A stretch of 64,000 nt of DNA from contig OZ251246.1 in assembly GCA_965240325.2 (NCBI GenBank), forward strand, positions 1,178,001-1,242,000, in the 5' to 3' direction. Position 1 is the stretch's first letter, and each line of letters starts with the position of its first letter. A program made the translations under genes and the position numbers. This DNA is from Rebecca billardiae RCC1528 (Eukaryota; Protista; Haptophyta). This document shows positions 11,381 through 23,778 of the stretch, piece by piece. The notes beneath the pieces are model-generated. The model was not told where the DNA came from and made no database searches. It was given only the letters and a program-made list of their open reading frames with translations.

Positions 11381-13020
11381 ATGTCGAAGCAGAAGCATGA
11401 CGTGATCGTCATCTCTTCGAAGAACATGCCCGAGCTCACGACGTCGCTGCTCGCGGCGTCGGAGCTCGCGGAGGACGACCACGAGCCGCTCGAGCCGATC
11501 GCGCCGTCCGGCTCGGGCTGGCTCGAGCCTCCGCCGCAGGCGGGCATGCGCAAGACCAAGTCGATCACCAAGCTGCTCGGGCTGCAGCAGGGCAGCAAGC
11601 GCGCGTGCGTGTACAACCTCTTCTCGAGCGTGCTCGGCGCGGGCGTGCTCGGCCTGCCCTTCGCCGCGCGCAAGTACGGCTTCTTTGGCGGGCTGCTGCT
11701 GATCGTGCCCTTCTCGTGCGCCTCGCTGTACACGCTGCGGCTGCTGCAGTGGTCGTCCAACCTGGCGGGCGTGAAGGGGTACCGCGAGCTGTGCGCGGTC
11801 ACCCTCGCGATGCAGCGCCCGTGGACGCTGCCCCTCGTCTCCATCGTCCTCTTCTTCAACACGTTTGGCTCGCTGGTCGTGTACCTGCTGGTGCTCGGAG
11901 ACCTGCTCGCGCAGTTTGCGAGCGCGGCGGGGCTGGGGCACGCGGCGGCGCCGCTGTGCTGGCTGGCGAGCCCGACGACGATCGTGGTGCTGATGGGCAC
12001 GCTCGTCGCGCTGCCGCTCAGCCTCGTGCGCGACCTCTCCAAGCTGCGGTACACGTCGTTCCTCTCGCTCGGCTCGATCCTCTACCTCGCGTCACTGCTG
12101 GCGGTGCGCGCGGTGCAGCAGGCGCTGTCGGACGGCGGGGCGCGCGTGGCGGAGGCGGTGCGGCTCGCGCCGGTCAAGTCGGCGCCGACGCTCTTCGGCG
12201 AGCTGCCCACCTTCATCTACGCCTTCTCGTGCCACTTCAACTTCTTCGCCGCGGTGCGCGCCGCGGCCGCGGCCGCGAGCGCCCGTCTCGCGCGCGCGCG
12301 GTGCGCGCGCGAGCGGCGGCTCACCGCCGGCCGCGCGCGCGGCGTGCGCTGCGCCCGCAGGTGGCGGGCATGCGTCGCACGTCCGAGCGCGACATCCTGA
12401 CCGTGCAGGTCGCGTCCATCGGCCTCTCGCTGTGCGTGTACCTCGTGGTGGTGGGCGCGGTGCTGCTGCTGTACGCCGGACACACGGCCGCCGACTTCCT
12501 CGTCAACCTGGACGCGGCCGACGTGGCGTTCGACGTGGCGAAGGGCGCGTACACGCTGGTGCTCGTCGCGGCGTACCCGCTCAACTGCCACCCGTGCACG
12601 CGCGCGCTGATCGACGGCGTGCCCGTCAAGATCCCCAGCCGGCACCACGAGGCCGCGCGCGTGGGCGTGACCGTGCTCGTGGTCGGGCTGTCGATGCTCT
12701 TTGCCATCTTCATCCCGAACATCGCGGTGGCGCTCTCGCTCGTGGGCGGCACCGCGACGTCGAGCATCCTGTACGTCTTCCCCGCGCTCTTCTTCCTGCA
12801 CCTCACGCGGCCGGGGAACGGCAGCAGCGTCGGCCCGAAGAGCTCGCCCACCCTGGAGCGCCAAACCGCCAAGCTCAAAGCCGCGCACACGCGCCCGGTC
12901 GAGGTGGCGGAGGCGCGCGTGCCGCTGCACCGCGCGCTGTGCTTCGGGCTGCTCGGCCTCGGCGCGTTTGCGTTCGTGTGCAGCATCGTCGGCCTCTTCG
13001 CCAAGGACGACGGCGCCTGA
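11381..13020 (+). CDS. Amino acid transporter (Aa_trans, SLC38/AVT-like); exons 11381-12253 and 12361-13020
   Basis: NLFSSVLGAGVLGLPFA, LPLSLVRDLSKLRYTS and YAFSCHFN motifs; many TM segments; intron 12254-12360. Confidence 0.92.
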
Positions 13021-14091
13021 GGCGGAGCGGCGCGCTGCTGGCGCGGCGGGCGCGTACAGCACGCGAGCGCGCGGCGCGCGGGCGATGGTGCGAAGGCGCG
13101 CGCGGTGCGGGCGCGCGCTGTGCGTGCCGCCGCTGCGAGAGTGATCCGCTCCCGCCGCTCAGGCCCCCACCTCGGCTTGCAGCTGGCACAGCACGCGGCC
13201 AGCGTAACGTCCCGCGCCGCCCGCCTGGCACTGGCATCATCGGGGCAGGCGGCATGTATGACAAGTGCTGGCGCGCCCAGCGGCGGCGGTGGCCTCGGCC
13301 TCGATCGTCGCGTCGGCGATGTCCGCCGCGACGCGTCGTCCGAACATCACCTGTCCACCGCCATGTGTCCCGATCCGAGACCGAGGCGACACGCCCACGT
13401 GCGTGCGCGGGTCAATGCTCATCAATAGTTTCACATGTACGTAGTTCGCGCGTCGCAGCGTAGTATAGCGCATGCACTGCTGACGCCATCTAGTACTGGT
13501 CGGCCTGATCGGGTGCCAGCGGGGCGCCACGGGGCCCCGGCCACGGGGATATATGCATCGCGTCATGATTTCATGCTGATGCGCTGATGCTGATCATCAT
13601 CGCGCGACGATCTTATTACGCGTACTTCTTAGTAGTTATAGCAGCACTACTAGCAGCAGTATATTGTACATAGCGCATCATCCGCAGCACTCACCGCGTG
13701 TCCGTGTCGTACCCCGCGTGCTGTCGTCCCGCGTCAAGCCCGAAGCCGACAAGCGGGCCGCCCCTTCCGCCTGTCATATTGGCGGTAGTCCCGTTGCATA
13801 TGTATCGGATCGTACATTAGACCAGCAGGCCACACGAAGTCGCGCCGTTTTTTTCGCCCTCTTCGCTGCTGCTTGCCTGCAAACTTCCGCGGCTCGTCCA
13901 GCGCTCATCGCAAGTCCTGCGCACCAGTGCGACAAGGCACAAGCTCGCGAGCGCCACGACTGCCACGAGCCAGTCGTCAGTCGACTGAGTCAATGACTGA
14001 GTTGACTCACAGAGTTGAGCTCTGGCCCAGGGCGGTCTGGCGGATAACTTGAGCAGCAGCCGGCGGCGCGCCGGTGCTGCGCCCTACCCAA

Positions 14092-17000
14092 ATGGGCAGG
14101 ATGGCGCGCCAGGCGGGCGGGTTGCGCGCAGCCCACCCCGCGCTCGTCGTCGCGGCGCTCTGCGCGGGCGTGGCGGGCGCGACGACCGCCCGGCCGCTGT
14201 ATGCGTACCCCTTCGACTTCAAGCTGACCAACAATGGCACCGCCGCCGGCCCGGACTTGGAGCCCGAGGTGGAAGCGTACACGGTGACCTCGGCGGACTA
14301 CGAGACAGACCCGCAGAGCGGCACCGGCGCGTACCGGTGCAGCGCGGGGAACGGGTTGACGTCGGTGGACGTGCTGGACCAGGTCATCAACAACAACGCG
14401 CGCACGATCTCGCTCTGGTTCCGCCCGCAGGACGCCGTCGCCGGCCACGGCATCTTGGGCATGGGGCCGCCGCGCGGCGCCACCGATCCGTCCGCGCCCG
14501 AGTTCTTCGACCTGGCGGTGCAGGCGCCGTCGTCGTTCGGGGTGCACCTCTCGGAGGACCAGAGCCTGTCGTACACGCACCCGAGCGGCGTCGCCGCCGT
14601 CGCCATCTGGACCCACCTCCTCGTGACGTACGACAACTCGAGCTCGAAGGTGACGATGTACGTGGACGGCGCCAGCCCCTTCTCGTTCAACGTCTCCGCC
14701 GGGCTGCAGACGGGGTTCAACACGCTCGTGGTGTGCTCGTCGCGCGTGCTCAACGACGGCGGCTCGGGCCTGAACTTCGAGGCGAGCATCGACGACCTGG
14801 CCATCTGGAGCGAGGCGCTGAGCGGGGGCAACGTGTGGCTGCTCTACCAGCAGGCGGCCGACATGATCCCGGCCTTCCTCGCGGTGTACGAGGGCGAGTG
14901 CATGCCGCTGTACCTGGTCTCGGCGTTCACGCAGTGCACCACGGAGTTCATCGGGTGCGGCCCGTACTGGAACATCACCGGCGCCGACTCGGTCACCGGG
15001 CGCGTGTGCGGCAACCTGCAGGAGACGCAGTTCTCCGCGGCGATGCAGGACATCTCGATCAGGGGCACCACCCTCGAGATCTCGATCACCGCCGAGCTCA
15101 CCGGGACGGTGCCGACGGAGTTCGGGCTGATCGAGAACCTGGACACGCTCGTGCTCGCCGGCAACTACCTCACGGGCTCCATCCCGCCGCAGCTCGCGTC
15201 CGCCAGCTTCCTGACCAAGCTCGACCTCTCGGGCAACCTGCTGAGCGGCAGCGTGCCGCTCAGCCTCGGGCAGCTGAAGGAGCTGCGCGCCCTCGACGTG
15301 AGCGGCAACGCGCTCTCGGGCACACTGCCGCGGAAGGCGCTCAACTCGTCGGCGCTCGTCTCCCTCGACCTCTCGGACAACTCGTTCAGCGGCACCCTGC
15401 CCAAGAACGCGTGGAGCCGGCTGAGTGCGCTCGAGGACCTCAACGTGGCGGCCAACGCGATCACGGGCACGGTGCCGGCGCAGCTGGGCGGGCTCACCGC
15501 GCTCACCAGCGTGCAGCTGCAGGGCAACTCGCTGTCGGGCACGCTGCCCAGCCTCAGCTTCCTCGCGAACCTCGAGACGCTCAACGCCGAGGACAACTCG
15601 CTGACTGGCACGCTGCCCGGCGTCCTCCTCTCGAGCTTCTCCATCCAGACGCTCCGCCTCGCGGACAACCAGTTCTCCGGCTCGCTGCTGGGCTTCATCA
15701 GCTCGATACCCACGGGCATGCGCTACCTCGACTTCAGCCGCAACGAGCTGACCGGCACCGTGCCCGCGCCCGGTGGCATCACCTTTGCCAGCTTGCACAC
15801 GCTGCTCGGGAGCGGGCAGGCGGGCGGCGGGCTGACCGGCTCGCTGCCCACAGAGCTCGGTCTGCTGGCGTCGCTCACCCACGTCGATTTCTCCGACAAC
15901 GCGCTCAGCGGGACCATCCCGACCGTGCGCGCCGCGCGCCGCGCCTCGCACGAAGACCCGGTGGCGGTGGCGCCCGGCAGCGCGCCCCCGCCGCGCGCCG
16001 GCCGCGTGCCGCTCAACCCCCCGACCCCCGCGCGGCGTGGCGGCGCGGCGCGTGCGCCCATCGCGCGGCGCAGGAGCTCTTCGGCTCGGGCCTGCTCGAC
16101 GTGCTCTCGCTGCAGGGCAACAGCCTGAGCGGCGCGGTGCCGTGGGAGGCGATGCTCGCGGAGCGCACGACCATGTCCGCGGTGCGGCTGGGCGGCAACG
16201 CGGGGCTCAACGGCTCGCTGGTGCCGGCCGCGGCGCTCGGCGCGGGGCGGTTCGTGAAGGTCGTCTCGGTGTACGACACGGGGCTCAGCGGCGAGCTACC
16301 CCCTGAGGTGTTCGAGCCCGTGGGCTCCGAGGGCGCGCTGGAGGAGCTCGACGTGAGCGGCACGCGCGTGAGCGGCACGCTGCCCGCCGAGCTCGGCCTG
16401 GCGACGGCGCTGCGCTCGCTCGACGTGAGCGGTAGCTCGATGCGCACGCACATCCCGGCCCAGATCGCGGGGCTGGCGGGCGTGGGCGCGCTCACCGCGC
16501 TGCGCATCGGCGGCGGCGCCTACAACAGCACGGATGAGCCGCCAACGGCGCTGCTCTCGCTCACCTCGCTGCGCGCGCTCGACCTGAGCGCGGGCGGCGG
16601 CCTCGCCGGGGTCGGCTTGCCTCCCGAGCTGTTTGAGAGCCTGACGCGGCTGCAGGAGCTCAACCTCGACTTTGCGAGCATGGGCGGCACGCTCCCCTCC
16701 GAGCTCGGCCTGCTCACGGGCGCGGTGGAGATCGGGCTCCGCTCCAACGCGCTGAGCGGCACGCTCCCGTCCGAGCTGGGCAATCTGGGCGGCGGCGCGG
16801 GCGGCAGCCTCGCTGAGCTGCGGCTGCAGGAGAACGCGGAGCTGGGCGGCGCGCTGCCGCCTGAGGTGCTTGCGCTGGTGGACGGGGACGGCGCCAGCGT
16901 CGTCAAGCTCGGCGGCACGGCCTTCGCCGTGCCCCCGCCGTCCTCGCCGCCCGCGCCCTGGCAGGGTATCTCGCCGCCGCCGCCGCCGAGCCCTCCGCTG

Positions 17001-18970
17001 CCGCCCTCGCCGCCGCCGCCGCCGCTGCAGCCGTGCGCCAACCCTCTGTCTGAGAACACGGCGTGGCTTGGCTGCCTCGCAGACCCGGCGTCGTGCGGGT
17101 ACGCCATCGACCTCTCGACCAACGGCCTGTGCGGCACGATCGAGCTGGCCGAGGCCGCCAACATCAGTGCGTTCGTCTCGATCGACCTCTCCGAGAACTC
17201 GCTGCGCGGCCCGCTGCCGGCCGAGCTGGGCGCGGCCACCGCTCTCACGGCGCTGCTGTTGGGTACGAACGCGCTCACGGGCACGGTGCCGACCGAGGTG
17301 GTGGGCCTGGCCTCGCTGCACACGCTCTCTCTCTTTGGCAACTCGCTCACGGGCCCGGTGCCCGACGAGGTCTTCGGCAGCACCAGCCTGCGCTCGGTCG
17401 ACCTGTCGTCCAACCGGCTGAGCGGAGGGCTGCAGGATCCGCTGCGCAGCACGGCCTCGGGCGCGCAGCTGGCGGAGCTGTACCTGGACAACAACAGGCT
17501 GACGGGCACGCTGCCGATCCAGATGCACGTGCTCTCCTCGCTGGAGGAGCTCGACCTCTCGCACAACAGCCTGAGCGGCACGCTGCCCGCCGACGTGAGC
17601 ACAGCCTCGCCCTCGCCCTCGCAGAGCCTGCGCGTGCTCAGCCTGGGGCACAACCAGCTGAGGGGCGAGGTGCCGAGCTGGCTCACGCACTCGTGGCAGC
17701 CGGCGCTCGAGACGCTCAGCCTGGGGCACAACGCGCTCACGGGCAGCGTGCCCGTCTACCTGCCCGCGTCCGTCGGCGTCCCCGCCCTGCGCACGCTCGA
17801 GCTCGACTCCAACTCGCTCAGCTCCACACTGCCCACGGTGCGGCACACGCACTCACAGGCGTACACACGCACACACACACACGCACACACACGCGCGCGC
17901 GCGCACGCACACGCACGCACGCACACACACACACACACAGCGCGCGCGGGGACAGGCGTGGGGCCGCGGCACGCGCGGCGAGGACGCGCGGCGGGCGGGG
18001 GCGCGCGCGCGTCGCGCCCGGCTGGGCCGCGCGCGCTGAGATGCGCGCGCGCACGCGCGCCCCCGTCTCCCCGCGCGTCCTCGCCGCGCGTGCGCAGGAG
18101 GTCGGCACGCTGCGCACGCTGCGGCTCGTCTCTGGCGCGAACAACCCGCTCGGCGGCTGCCTGCCCACGGAGGTGGGCCGGCTGACGCAGCTCACGCAGC
18201 TCGACCTCGAGAAGTCGAGCCTGGGGTGCAGCGTGCCGACGGAGCTGGGGCTGTGCACCGCGCTCACCGCCATCGTGCTCAACGGCAACTCCCTCTCGCG
18301 CACCGTCCCCACCGAGCTGGGCTCCCTGAGCGCGCTGGCGGCGATGACGTTTGCCGGAAACGTCCTGAGCGGCGCGGTGCCGACCGAGCTGGCGCTGCTT
18401 GAGGGCGCCGGCCTCGTGGCGGAGTGGCAGGGCAACGTGGAGCTGTGCCCCAGCCCGCCGCCCTCGCCGCCCAAGCCGCCGCCCGTGCCGCCCTCGCCGC
18501 CGCCGCCGCCCTCGCCGCCGCGCGTGTTCGCTGGCAACGACGTGCGCGCCGCGTGCGCCGCGTGCGCCGCACGCGCCGCACGCGCCGCGCGCCGCGCGCC
18601 GCGCCGCGCGCCCGCGCGCCCGCCGCGCGCGGCCGCAGCATGGGGCTCACGCGCGCGCGCCCGCGCCTGGGGCGGCCGCGTGCGCAGCCCGTCTTCGTGG
18701 GCCACGACGGCGTGCCGTACGAGGTGCGCGGCGAGCCCAACGCCACGTTCAACCTGCTCACAGGTCGGGGCGTGCACGTGAACGCTCGCTTTGCGGCGGT
18801 GCCGCCGCGCTTTGCCGTGCACAGGCTGACGGAGACGGTGCTGGCAGACGTGGGGCTCACGCTGTGCGTGCACGGGCGCGCGCGCCGGCTGCGCTTCGCC
18901 GCGCGCGCGGACGAGCCCAACGGCACGCGCCTCGACGGCAGGCCGCTGCGGCCCGGCCGGCACGTGCTCA

Positions 18971-19018
<48 letters not shown>

Positions 19019-19471
19019 GCGGCACGAGCCTGGAGCTGCGCGCACACGCGTGCGCGCACTCGGACGGTGCGTGCGTGTGGCACATGGGCGCTGAGCCGCC
19101 GCAGGGCTGCGCCGACACGGGGTTCCGCACGCTCGAGGTGCGCACGCCCAGGCTGACGCTCACGCTGAGCGCGCTCCGCGTGCTCGCCGCGCTGCCGCCG
19201 GGCATGCTGCTCCGGCTGCGAGCGTGCGAGGGCGAGGGCGCGCGCGCCCCCGGCTGCGCGGCCACGCTGGCAGACGTTCTGCTCGAGACGAGCGAGGCGG
19301 CGCCGGGGGACACGTTCGCGTACACGGACGTGGCAGTGGACCTGGCGGGCGGGGACGAGGGCGCGCGCGCGCCGCTCGAGCTGCACGGGCTGCTCGGGCA
19401 GAACGCGCTCGCGCCCGACGGATCTGCGCCGCGCGCGGGTGTGCTGCGCTCGAGCGCGAAGCGGGCAGCGG

Positions 19472-19518
<47 letters not shown>

Positions 19519-19824
19519 CCGATGGCGCAGGCGCGGCTCGCACACGCGCACAGCGGCAGCGGGTACGTGCAAGGGGAGGGCTTCATCGCCGGGCACTACT
19601 CGCACTACCGTGTGACCTCGCCGCCAGAGCTCGCCGCCGAGCTGGGCAGAGCGGGCGAGCCCGACGCCGAGCTGTTTGGCGGCGTGGGCGCGGACGGCGG
19701 CGGGTACGCGTTCAGCCGGATGCACGCGCCTGCGGGCGGCGCGTGCGCGGACAGTGCCGCAGACGCTGGGCCGCCCGGCGCGCCGCGGCCGCCGGCAGGC
19801 GCTGGCGCAGCGTCGGCGAGCTGA
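14092..19824 (+). CDS. Large secreted LamG + LRR + Ser/Pro-rich + VWD/ITIH-C/root-cap-like protein (~1725 aa); exons 14092-15924, 16074-17837, 18098-18541, 18688-19824
   Basis: Signal peptide; LamG-like motifs (TISLWFRP, WTHLLVTYD, MYVDG, IDDLAIW); many plant-type LRRs (LxxLxLxxNxLSGxLP); two SPPP linkers; GND|PVFVGHDG..FNLL and LHGLLGQ. Three phase-0 GT-AG introns restore the frame. Confidence 0.85.
17862..17940. repeat. (CA)n/(CG)n simple repeat inside LRR-gene intron 2
   Basis: Seen directly. Confidence 0.85.
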
Positions 19825-20151
19825 CGCCTGTCAGTGTCACTTGGGGGGGCCGCTGAGCCCGCTGACCGCATCGCCCGGGCGCATCGGGCATCGGCGTGTG
19901 CGCGTGCCTGTTCTGAGTGTACAGGCAGAGTGCGCACGGCGATGACGATGCGCCGTGTAGCAGGGTGCACGCACCGCCATCGTCGCACAGCGCCAAGGTG
20001 CGCGGCTTTGCAAGGAAGTGACAGTCTCAGCGCAGCTTGAGGGTCGCTGAGGCAGTACGTGACTGTGAGTATGCGAACGAAGGAAGCCGGCGCCGCCATT
20101 GTGAAAATCGGACGCGAATATCGAGGGGCCGGGCCAACCGACGACGACGGC

Positions 20152-21816
20152 ATGCGCCGCCCAGCGTTCCGCCCCGCGCACGTGCGCGCGGTGCTGCGGC
20201 ACGTGGCCGAGCACGCGCGCGCGTGCCCGTGCCACGCGTGCGCGGGTGGCGCGCCCGCCCCCGTCCTCCGGCGCGGCGCGGCCTCCGCCCCCGCCTCCAC
20301 CGACTACGCCTTCGAGATGGCCGCGAGCACCGTGCGGTTCGGGCGCGGCGTCACGCGCGAGCTCGGCTTCGACCTGGAGGCGCTGGGCGCGCGCTCGGTG
20401 CTGCTGGTCACGGACGCGGGCGTGCGCAAGACGCCCGCCTTCTCCGCCGCGCTCGGCGCCATCGAGGCCTCGCGCATCCGCGTCGACGTCTTCGACCGCG
20501 CGGCCGTCGAGCCCACAGACGCCTCGCTCGCAGACGCGATCGCGGTCGCGCGCGCGGGGCAGTACGACGCGTACGTGGCGGTGGGCGGCGGCTCGGCGAT
20601 CGACACGGCGAAGGCGGCGAACCTGTACGCCACGCACGCCGAGGCCGACTTCCTCGACTTCGTCAACGCGCCCATCGGCCGCGGCCTCCCCGTGCCGGGC
20701 CCCGTGCGCCCGCTGGTCGCCCTGCCCACCACCGCGGGCACCGGCTCGGAGACGACGGGCGTGGCGATCTTCGACCACGAGCCCACGCGCGCGAAGACGG
20801 GGATCGGCTCGCGGCTGCTGCGCCCCGCGCTCGGGCTGATCGACCCGGACAGCATGGCCACCATGCCGCGCGAGGTCGCGGTCGCCTCCGGTCTGGACGT
20901 GCTGTGCCACGCGCTCGAGAGCTACACGGCGCTGCCCTACGACCAGCGCGCGCCCAGGCCCGCGAGGCCGGAGCTGCGCCCGGCGTACCAGGGGTCGAAC
21001 CCGATCTCGGACGTGTGGGCGCTCTCGTCGCTCCGCGCGATCGCCGCCTCCTTCGAGCGCGCCGTCGCGGGCGAGCCGGCCGCGCAGGAGGCGATGGCGG
21101 TGGCGGCCACGTGCGCTGGCGTTGGCTTTGGCAACGCAGGTGCGTGCGCAGTGCGTGCGTGCGTGTGTGTGCGTGTGTGCGCGCAGTGCGTGCGTGTGTG
21201 TGCGTGCGTGCGTGTGTGCGTGCGTGCTGTGCGTGCGTGCGTGCGCGTGCGCGCGTGGGCGCCCACGCGGGCTGCGACGCCCATGAATGACGCCCGCCGC
21301 ACCGCGCGCCGCACCGTGCGCACGCCCCCCCCCCTGCGTGCCCCGCCGTGCGCCGCAGGCGTGCACCTGCCCCACGGCATGAGCTACCCAATCTCCGGGC
21401 TGAACAAGCACCTGGCGCACGTGCGGCACACGCACGGCGGGTACGACGTGGGCGGGCCGATCATCCCGCACGGGATCTCCGTGGCGGTGCCGGCGCCCGC
21501 CGTCTTCCGCATGACGGGCCCGGCAAGTCCGGAGCGCCACCTCGCCGCGGCCGAGGCGCTGGGCGCGGACGTCTCGCGCTGCGCCTCGGACGACGGCGAG
21601 CACGCGGGCGCGCTGCTGGCCGAGCGCGTGCTGCGGCTGATGCAGGCGCTGCGCGTGCCGCTCGGGCTGCGCGCGCTCGGCTTCACGCAGGAGGACGTGC
21701 CGGCGCTCGTGCAGGGCACGCTGCCGCAGGAGCGGGTGACCAAGCTCGCGCCGCGCCCGCAGCCTGTCACGCGCGAGGCGCTCGAGTGCCTCTTCACCGA
21801 CGCGATGGCGTACTGA
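20152..21816 (+). CDS. ADHFE1: Hydroxyacid-oxoacid transhydrogenase (Fe-ADH family), mitochondrial; intron 21140-21358
   Basis: CPCH, DYAFEMAASTVRFG, GGGSAIDTAKAANLY, PTTAGTGSETTG, RPAYQGSNPISD, GFGNAG|VHLPHGMSYPISG. The intron is rich in GTGC repeats. Confidence 0.93.
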   Translation: MRRPAFRPAHVRAVLRHVAEHARACPCHACAGGAPAPVLRRGAASAPASTDYAFEMAASTVRFGRGVTRELGFDLEALGARSVLLVTDAGVRKTPAFSAALGAIEASRIRVDVFDRAAVEPTDASLADAIAVARAGQYDAYVAVGGGSAIDTAKAANLYATHAEADFLDFVNAPIGRGLPVPGPVRPLVALPTTAGTGSETTGVAIFDHEPTRAKTGIGSRLLRPALGLIDPDSMATMPREVAVASGLDVLCHALESYTALPYDQRAPRPARPELRPAYQGSNPISDVWALSSLRAIAASFERAVAGEPAAQEAMAVAATCAGVGFGNAGACAVRACVCVRVCAQCVRVCACVRVCVRAVRACVRVRAWAPTRAATPMNDARRTARRTVRTPPPLRAPPCAAGVHLPHGMSYPISGLNKHLAHVRHTHGGYDVGGPIIPHGISVAVPAPAVFRMTGPASPERHLAAAEALGADVSRCASDDGEHAGALLAERVLRLMQALRVPLGLRALGFTQEDVPALVQGTLPQERVTKLAPRPQPVTREALECLFTDAMAY

Positions 21817-21937
21817 CTGTCTCGGCGGATATACATAGTACATACTGCTACGACGTATACTGACGTAATCACTGATTACTGCTTTAGACTGCTACGACGA
21901 TGCCGTCAACTATGATGCCGCCGTTATATATTCGAGT

Positions 21938-23362
21938 CACCTTGAATGACCCCAGTGGGCGGAAATGGCCATATCTCCCGGAGATTGCGTTTACTGACGT
22001 ACGTCAGTAAAGTTTCGTCGGGATTTTCAGCAATTTCATTGGAGGAGGGTGCCTCACTCTATTGTCCAAACTTGCATTTTCGGGATGTGAAGCTGTAAGT
22101 GTTTCGCCTTGCGGAGTAGCGCAGCCGCCAATCCGTCCAATGGGAAGCCAGCTCGGGCTTCGCTCAATGAAAAATGATCACATCGGCTCCCGCGAGCCCC
22201 GATAGGAAATAGAGCTCGCTCCGTTCCACTTCGTCGGTATCTCGCCGTCTCGTGGTGGGCGAGGGGCGGAGCTGAGTGGTTGGGTCTGCGGCGCGGACTG
22301 CGATGCTGGGCTGCTGACGTTCTCCGCGCGGGATATCTGAGGGGCACGCGAGCTGTATGTAGGGCACGCCTTGCAAACAATCTCCCCGCTGTACGTGCAG
22401 GTCATGCTAGCGTCCTCCGCGCCAAAAAAACCTGCTTGTTCTTGCGCGAGGCCCGAGTCCGCGGCACTCGGTCGCTGCTCGCCGCAAGCTGGCACGCGTC
22501 AGCGTCTACACATTCACGATTCGGTGGTCATCGTGCGCCTGAGGACGGGGGCGATCTACTGAGTGCGCTGCTAGATGAGCAGGCCCGCGTAAGGTTAGAT
22601 CACCCTGCTCCTCACGCCTTGCGCGCACCTTGGGTTGCTTCCGTCACGCTTGAGGCGCTTCACGTCGCACGGGTCGGCGTAAGCTGTGTGTGTGATGCAA
22701 GCAGACGTCTTCCAAGCCTGGCTTGTACCCGATGGGAGAGCATACTTCTATCGCCTTCAGCCACCACCTTCTCCGGCGTTCGACGCCCACACTACATGCG
22801 ACCACAGCCATACGCAGCTCGTCGGGACTCGTCTCCGTTAGCTTATCGATGTGCAAACGCCAAGGCCTGTGACACGCAGGGAAGACTGATTCGCCATGGC
22901 ATTTGTGCACTGCGTGAAGTATTGACACCAGCGCACGTTCGCCAGGTAGATTTGCGGGAGCAGAGCGTGCTTTTCTGCAAGGATTCGCACACGTATCACA
23001 GAAGTTCAGCAGTCGCGGGCTCGGACTGAAGATCTCTGCACCGTCGCTTGGCCGTGAGTGACAGGAACAGGCGAGGAGCTCCCACGGTGCTGGCGCACAA
23101 CATGCCGTGACAGCGGGGGGCACACACATGGCGCGTGCGCTGACACAACCGCGCGGACGACCGGGCTAGGCGCCACTGATCGGCCGCCCTCGGGCAAGGC
23201 ACCGGCGGACTTCGCGGCCGGAACGCCATCGGGACAGCCGTCCCTCGTTTCGGCCGCCAGATAGTCTTTCGCCTTCTTCAAAACTCTAAACATTGACTGG
23301 CCAAGTAACTCTGAGATTCGCAATCGTGCGGCCAAAAACGGGGCTGGGGGGCAGTCAAGGTG
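21938..23362. mobile_element. Putative non-autonomous TIR element with CACC termini (~1.4 kb)
   Basis: Left end CACCTTGAATGACCCCAG versus right-end reverse complement CACCTTGACTGCCCCCCAG; flanks GAGT/GAGA; lower GC; no intact gene inside. Confidence 0.55.
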
Positions 23363-23723
23363 GAGATCGCAGTTTATTATATATAGGATATCAATATATA
23401 TAATATATATATATTAATAACTGCTGCGCGACGATCATCAGCCACTGCTCACATCGTCAGACGACGACACATGAACATCGCGTATCATCATCATCATATA
23501 TATATATATATCATCGCGTCAAATTATAAGCAGCAGGCATCGTCAGCGCCCGGACGGCGCAGCACTCGGGATTCGCCGCGTCGGAGGCCAGGCCAGCGGC
23601 AGCCGCCAGTGCGGGCGTGATCATCAGCGGCTGCGCTCACTCTCCAGTGCCTCGCTGACGGATCCGTCGGCGCGCCGTCTAACTCTAAGCGCGCGCCGCG
23701 ACCCTATGTTATTACTATTGTTA

Positions 23724-23778
23724 GTATATATATATATATAATAATATATATACTATATATTATATATATATATATATA
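23724..23778. repeat. TA-rich microsatellite at the MITE insertion site
   Basis: Seen directly. Confidence 0.9.

Noticed and set aside
14092-19824. LRR receptor kinase or NLR immune receptor
   Set aside because: No transmembrane helix after the LRRs and no kinase or NB-ARC motifs.
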